NCBI GenBank assembly: GCA_964016885.1
Contig: OZ024755.1
Coordinates: 42,780,001-42,844,000 of the forward strand
Length of the DNA stretch: 64,000 nucleotides
Source: Eledone cirrhosa
Taxonomy: Eukaryota
Direction: 5' to 3'
Part shown: piece by piece, positions 61,905-64,000 of the stretch
Layout: the number at the start of each line of letters is the position of its first letter
How positions within the stretch are numbered: position 1 is the stretch's first letter
The notes under the pieces: generated by a model
Databases searched by the model: none
Told to the model about the DNA's origin: nothing
What the model saw: only the letters and a program-made list of their open reading frames with translations
Position numbers and translations under genes: made by a program

Positions 61905-63375
61905 AAGCATAAAGAGAGAAGTAACTAGAGAGGCATCAAGCTGATTGACCAGGTCATCAAAGTTACAGAAAGAATCATTGCACAACTGATTAGAGATCTT
62001 ATACACCTAGATGAGATGTAGTTTGATTTGTACCAGGAAAAATCACCACTGACGCCCTCTTCCTTGTGAAGCAAATGCAGAAAAAGTACTTGGCTAAAAG
62101 CAAGCCACTCTACTTAGCATTCATGGACCTAATGTAAGCTTTTGACACAGTCCATAATCTGGTGGCCCCTCAGAAAATAAGGGGTAGATGAGTGGCTTCT
62201 GAGAGCAATACAAGTAATGTAGATTGAGGAATTCAGTGTACAGGTGGGGGACCATTAGGGTTCCATCTTTAGCCCCCTCCTCTTTATTATTGTCCTACAT
62301 GCTATAACAGAGGAATTTAAGACTGGCTACCCATGGGAACTCCTATATGAGGATGACCTGGCCCTTATAGTTGAATCTTTGACAGAATTAGAGAAGAAAT
62401 TTCAGGCATGGAGGCACGGCTTGGAAAAGTGAGCAGAAAAGAAAACAGGGTTCTGATTCCCTCAGGGAAATGACCCTACTCTGGATGCAGGAAAGGAGTA
62501 GGTAGGAAATTAGGCAGGCTAGCAAAAAACACAGACTTCATAAGTGGACGTTGCACAGGGGTAGTAAGCAAAGACCCTCAGGGAACAAGCACCTTTAAAT
62601 GCACAGAGGACCCCATTAAATAGTTGATAGCTTCTGCTACGTGGGTAACCAAATCAGTAGCGTTGGTGGATGTGTGGAAAGTACAGTTGCCAGAGTACGA
62701 ACAGGATGGAAACAGTTCAGGGAGCTACTGTTGTTGTTAGCTACAAAAGGTCTCTTACTGAAGTTAAAAGGTAAGCTGTATAATGCCTGTGAGTGCACAG
62801 CAATGCCACATGGAAGTGAAACATGGGCACTGCATGCCAAGGATCTACAGAGATTTGAAAGAAATGAAGCCTGTATGCTACAATGGATGTGTAACAGTAG
62901 TGTGTGTGAACTGTAAAATGTAAATGAATTGAGTGTGAAACTGGGCATAAGAGGGATCAAATGGTGTGTGCAGGAGAAGACTGCAATGGTATGGACATGT
63001 GATGTGCATGAAGGATGACAGCTGTATAAAAAGTTGCTCGGGGTTGTAGGGTACTTCGAAAGAGGAAGACTTAGGAAGACATGGGATGAAATGATAAAGG
63101 CTGACCGAGACCTCTGGAGCTACAACATACGACAAAAGACCCGAGTCAACATTCCAGCCCAGACTGTAAACATGGCCTGTGCATACAAGGCATGGCGCGG
63201 CCAACTGGCCAGATCCTCTTCATAATGGTACCACCCAGTTCCACACTGTAAACATGGTTGGTGTTAGGAAGGGCATCTGTAAAAATCCCAACCAACACAC
63301 AGTTTTGATATCTGCAAGGTATGGTGTGGCCATCTGACCAGACCTCTCTCATAACAGGACCACCCACTAACATGG
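61905..63375 (+). mobile_element. Heavily degraded RTE LINE
   Basis: RGIKLIDQV, TGWKQFRELL and MPHGSETW, with many stops. Confidence 0.85.
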
Positions 63376-64000
63376 ACCCCACTATGAGCTAGGTATGACG
63401 TGGCCATCTGACCAGACCTCTCTCATAACAGGACCACCCACTAACATCGACCCCACTATGAGCTAGGTATGGTGTGGCCATCTGACCAGACCTCTCTCAT
63501 AACAGGACCACCCACTAACATGGACCCCACTATGAGCTAGGTATGGTACGGCCATCTGACCAGACCTCTCTCATAACAGGACCACCCACTAACATGGACC
63601 CCACTATGAGCTAGGTATGGTGTGGCCATCTGACCAGACCTCTCTCATAACAGGACCACCCACTAACATGGACCCCACTATGAGCTAGGTATGGTGTGGC
63701 CATCTGACCAGACCTCTCTCATAACAGGACCACCCACTAACATGGACCCCACTATGAGCTAGGTATGGTGTGGCCATCTGACCAGACCTCTCTCATAACA
63801 GGACCACCCACTAACATGGACCCCACTATGAGCTAGGTATGACGTGGCCATCTGACCAGACCTCTCTCATAACAGGACCACCCACTAACATCGACCCCAC
63901 TATGAGCTAGGTATGGTGTGGCCATCTGACCAGACCTCTCTCATAACAGGACCACCCACTAACATGGACCCCACTATGAGCTAGGTATGACGTGGCCATC
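63318..64000. repeat. 74-bp minisatellite derived from the RTE 3' UTR, runs off the window end
   Basis: GGCCATCTGACCAGACCTCTCTCATAACAGGACCACCCACTAACATGGACCCCACTATGAGCTAGGTATGGTGT, with starts at 63328, 63402, 63476 and so on. Confidence 0.93.

Overview
AT-rich, repeat-dense animal genomic DNA. The RTE LINE, SINE and microsatellite content suggests an octopus or other cephalopod, which is an inference. One host gene can be rebuilt by hand on the + strand: a cytosolic endo-beta-N-acetylglucosaminidase (ENGase, GH85). It has 10 phase-consistent GT-AG coding exons from 15225 to 61765 and continues past the window. Almost everything else is mobile or tandem DNA: about 9 RTE LINE pieces, a young but defective Gypsy/Ty3 element with a -1 frameshift signal, solo LTRs, a near full-length Tx1/L1-clade LINE tied to (GTCT)n, Penelope-like elements (PLEs), Helitron, mariner and CRE-like remnants, SINEs and several minisatellites. 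The strongest unexplained pattern is a set of short fold-back inserts in (TA)n tracts that carry minimal type I hammerhead ribozymes (at least five sequence variants). Other notable items: an ENGase intron built from complementary (GGT)n/(CCA)n tracts, minisatellites derived from transposon ends, and a palindrome rich in YY1 and E-box motifs upstream of the gene. Coordinates were counted by hand, so repeat boundaries may be off by a few bases.
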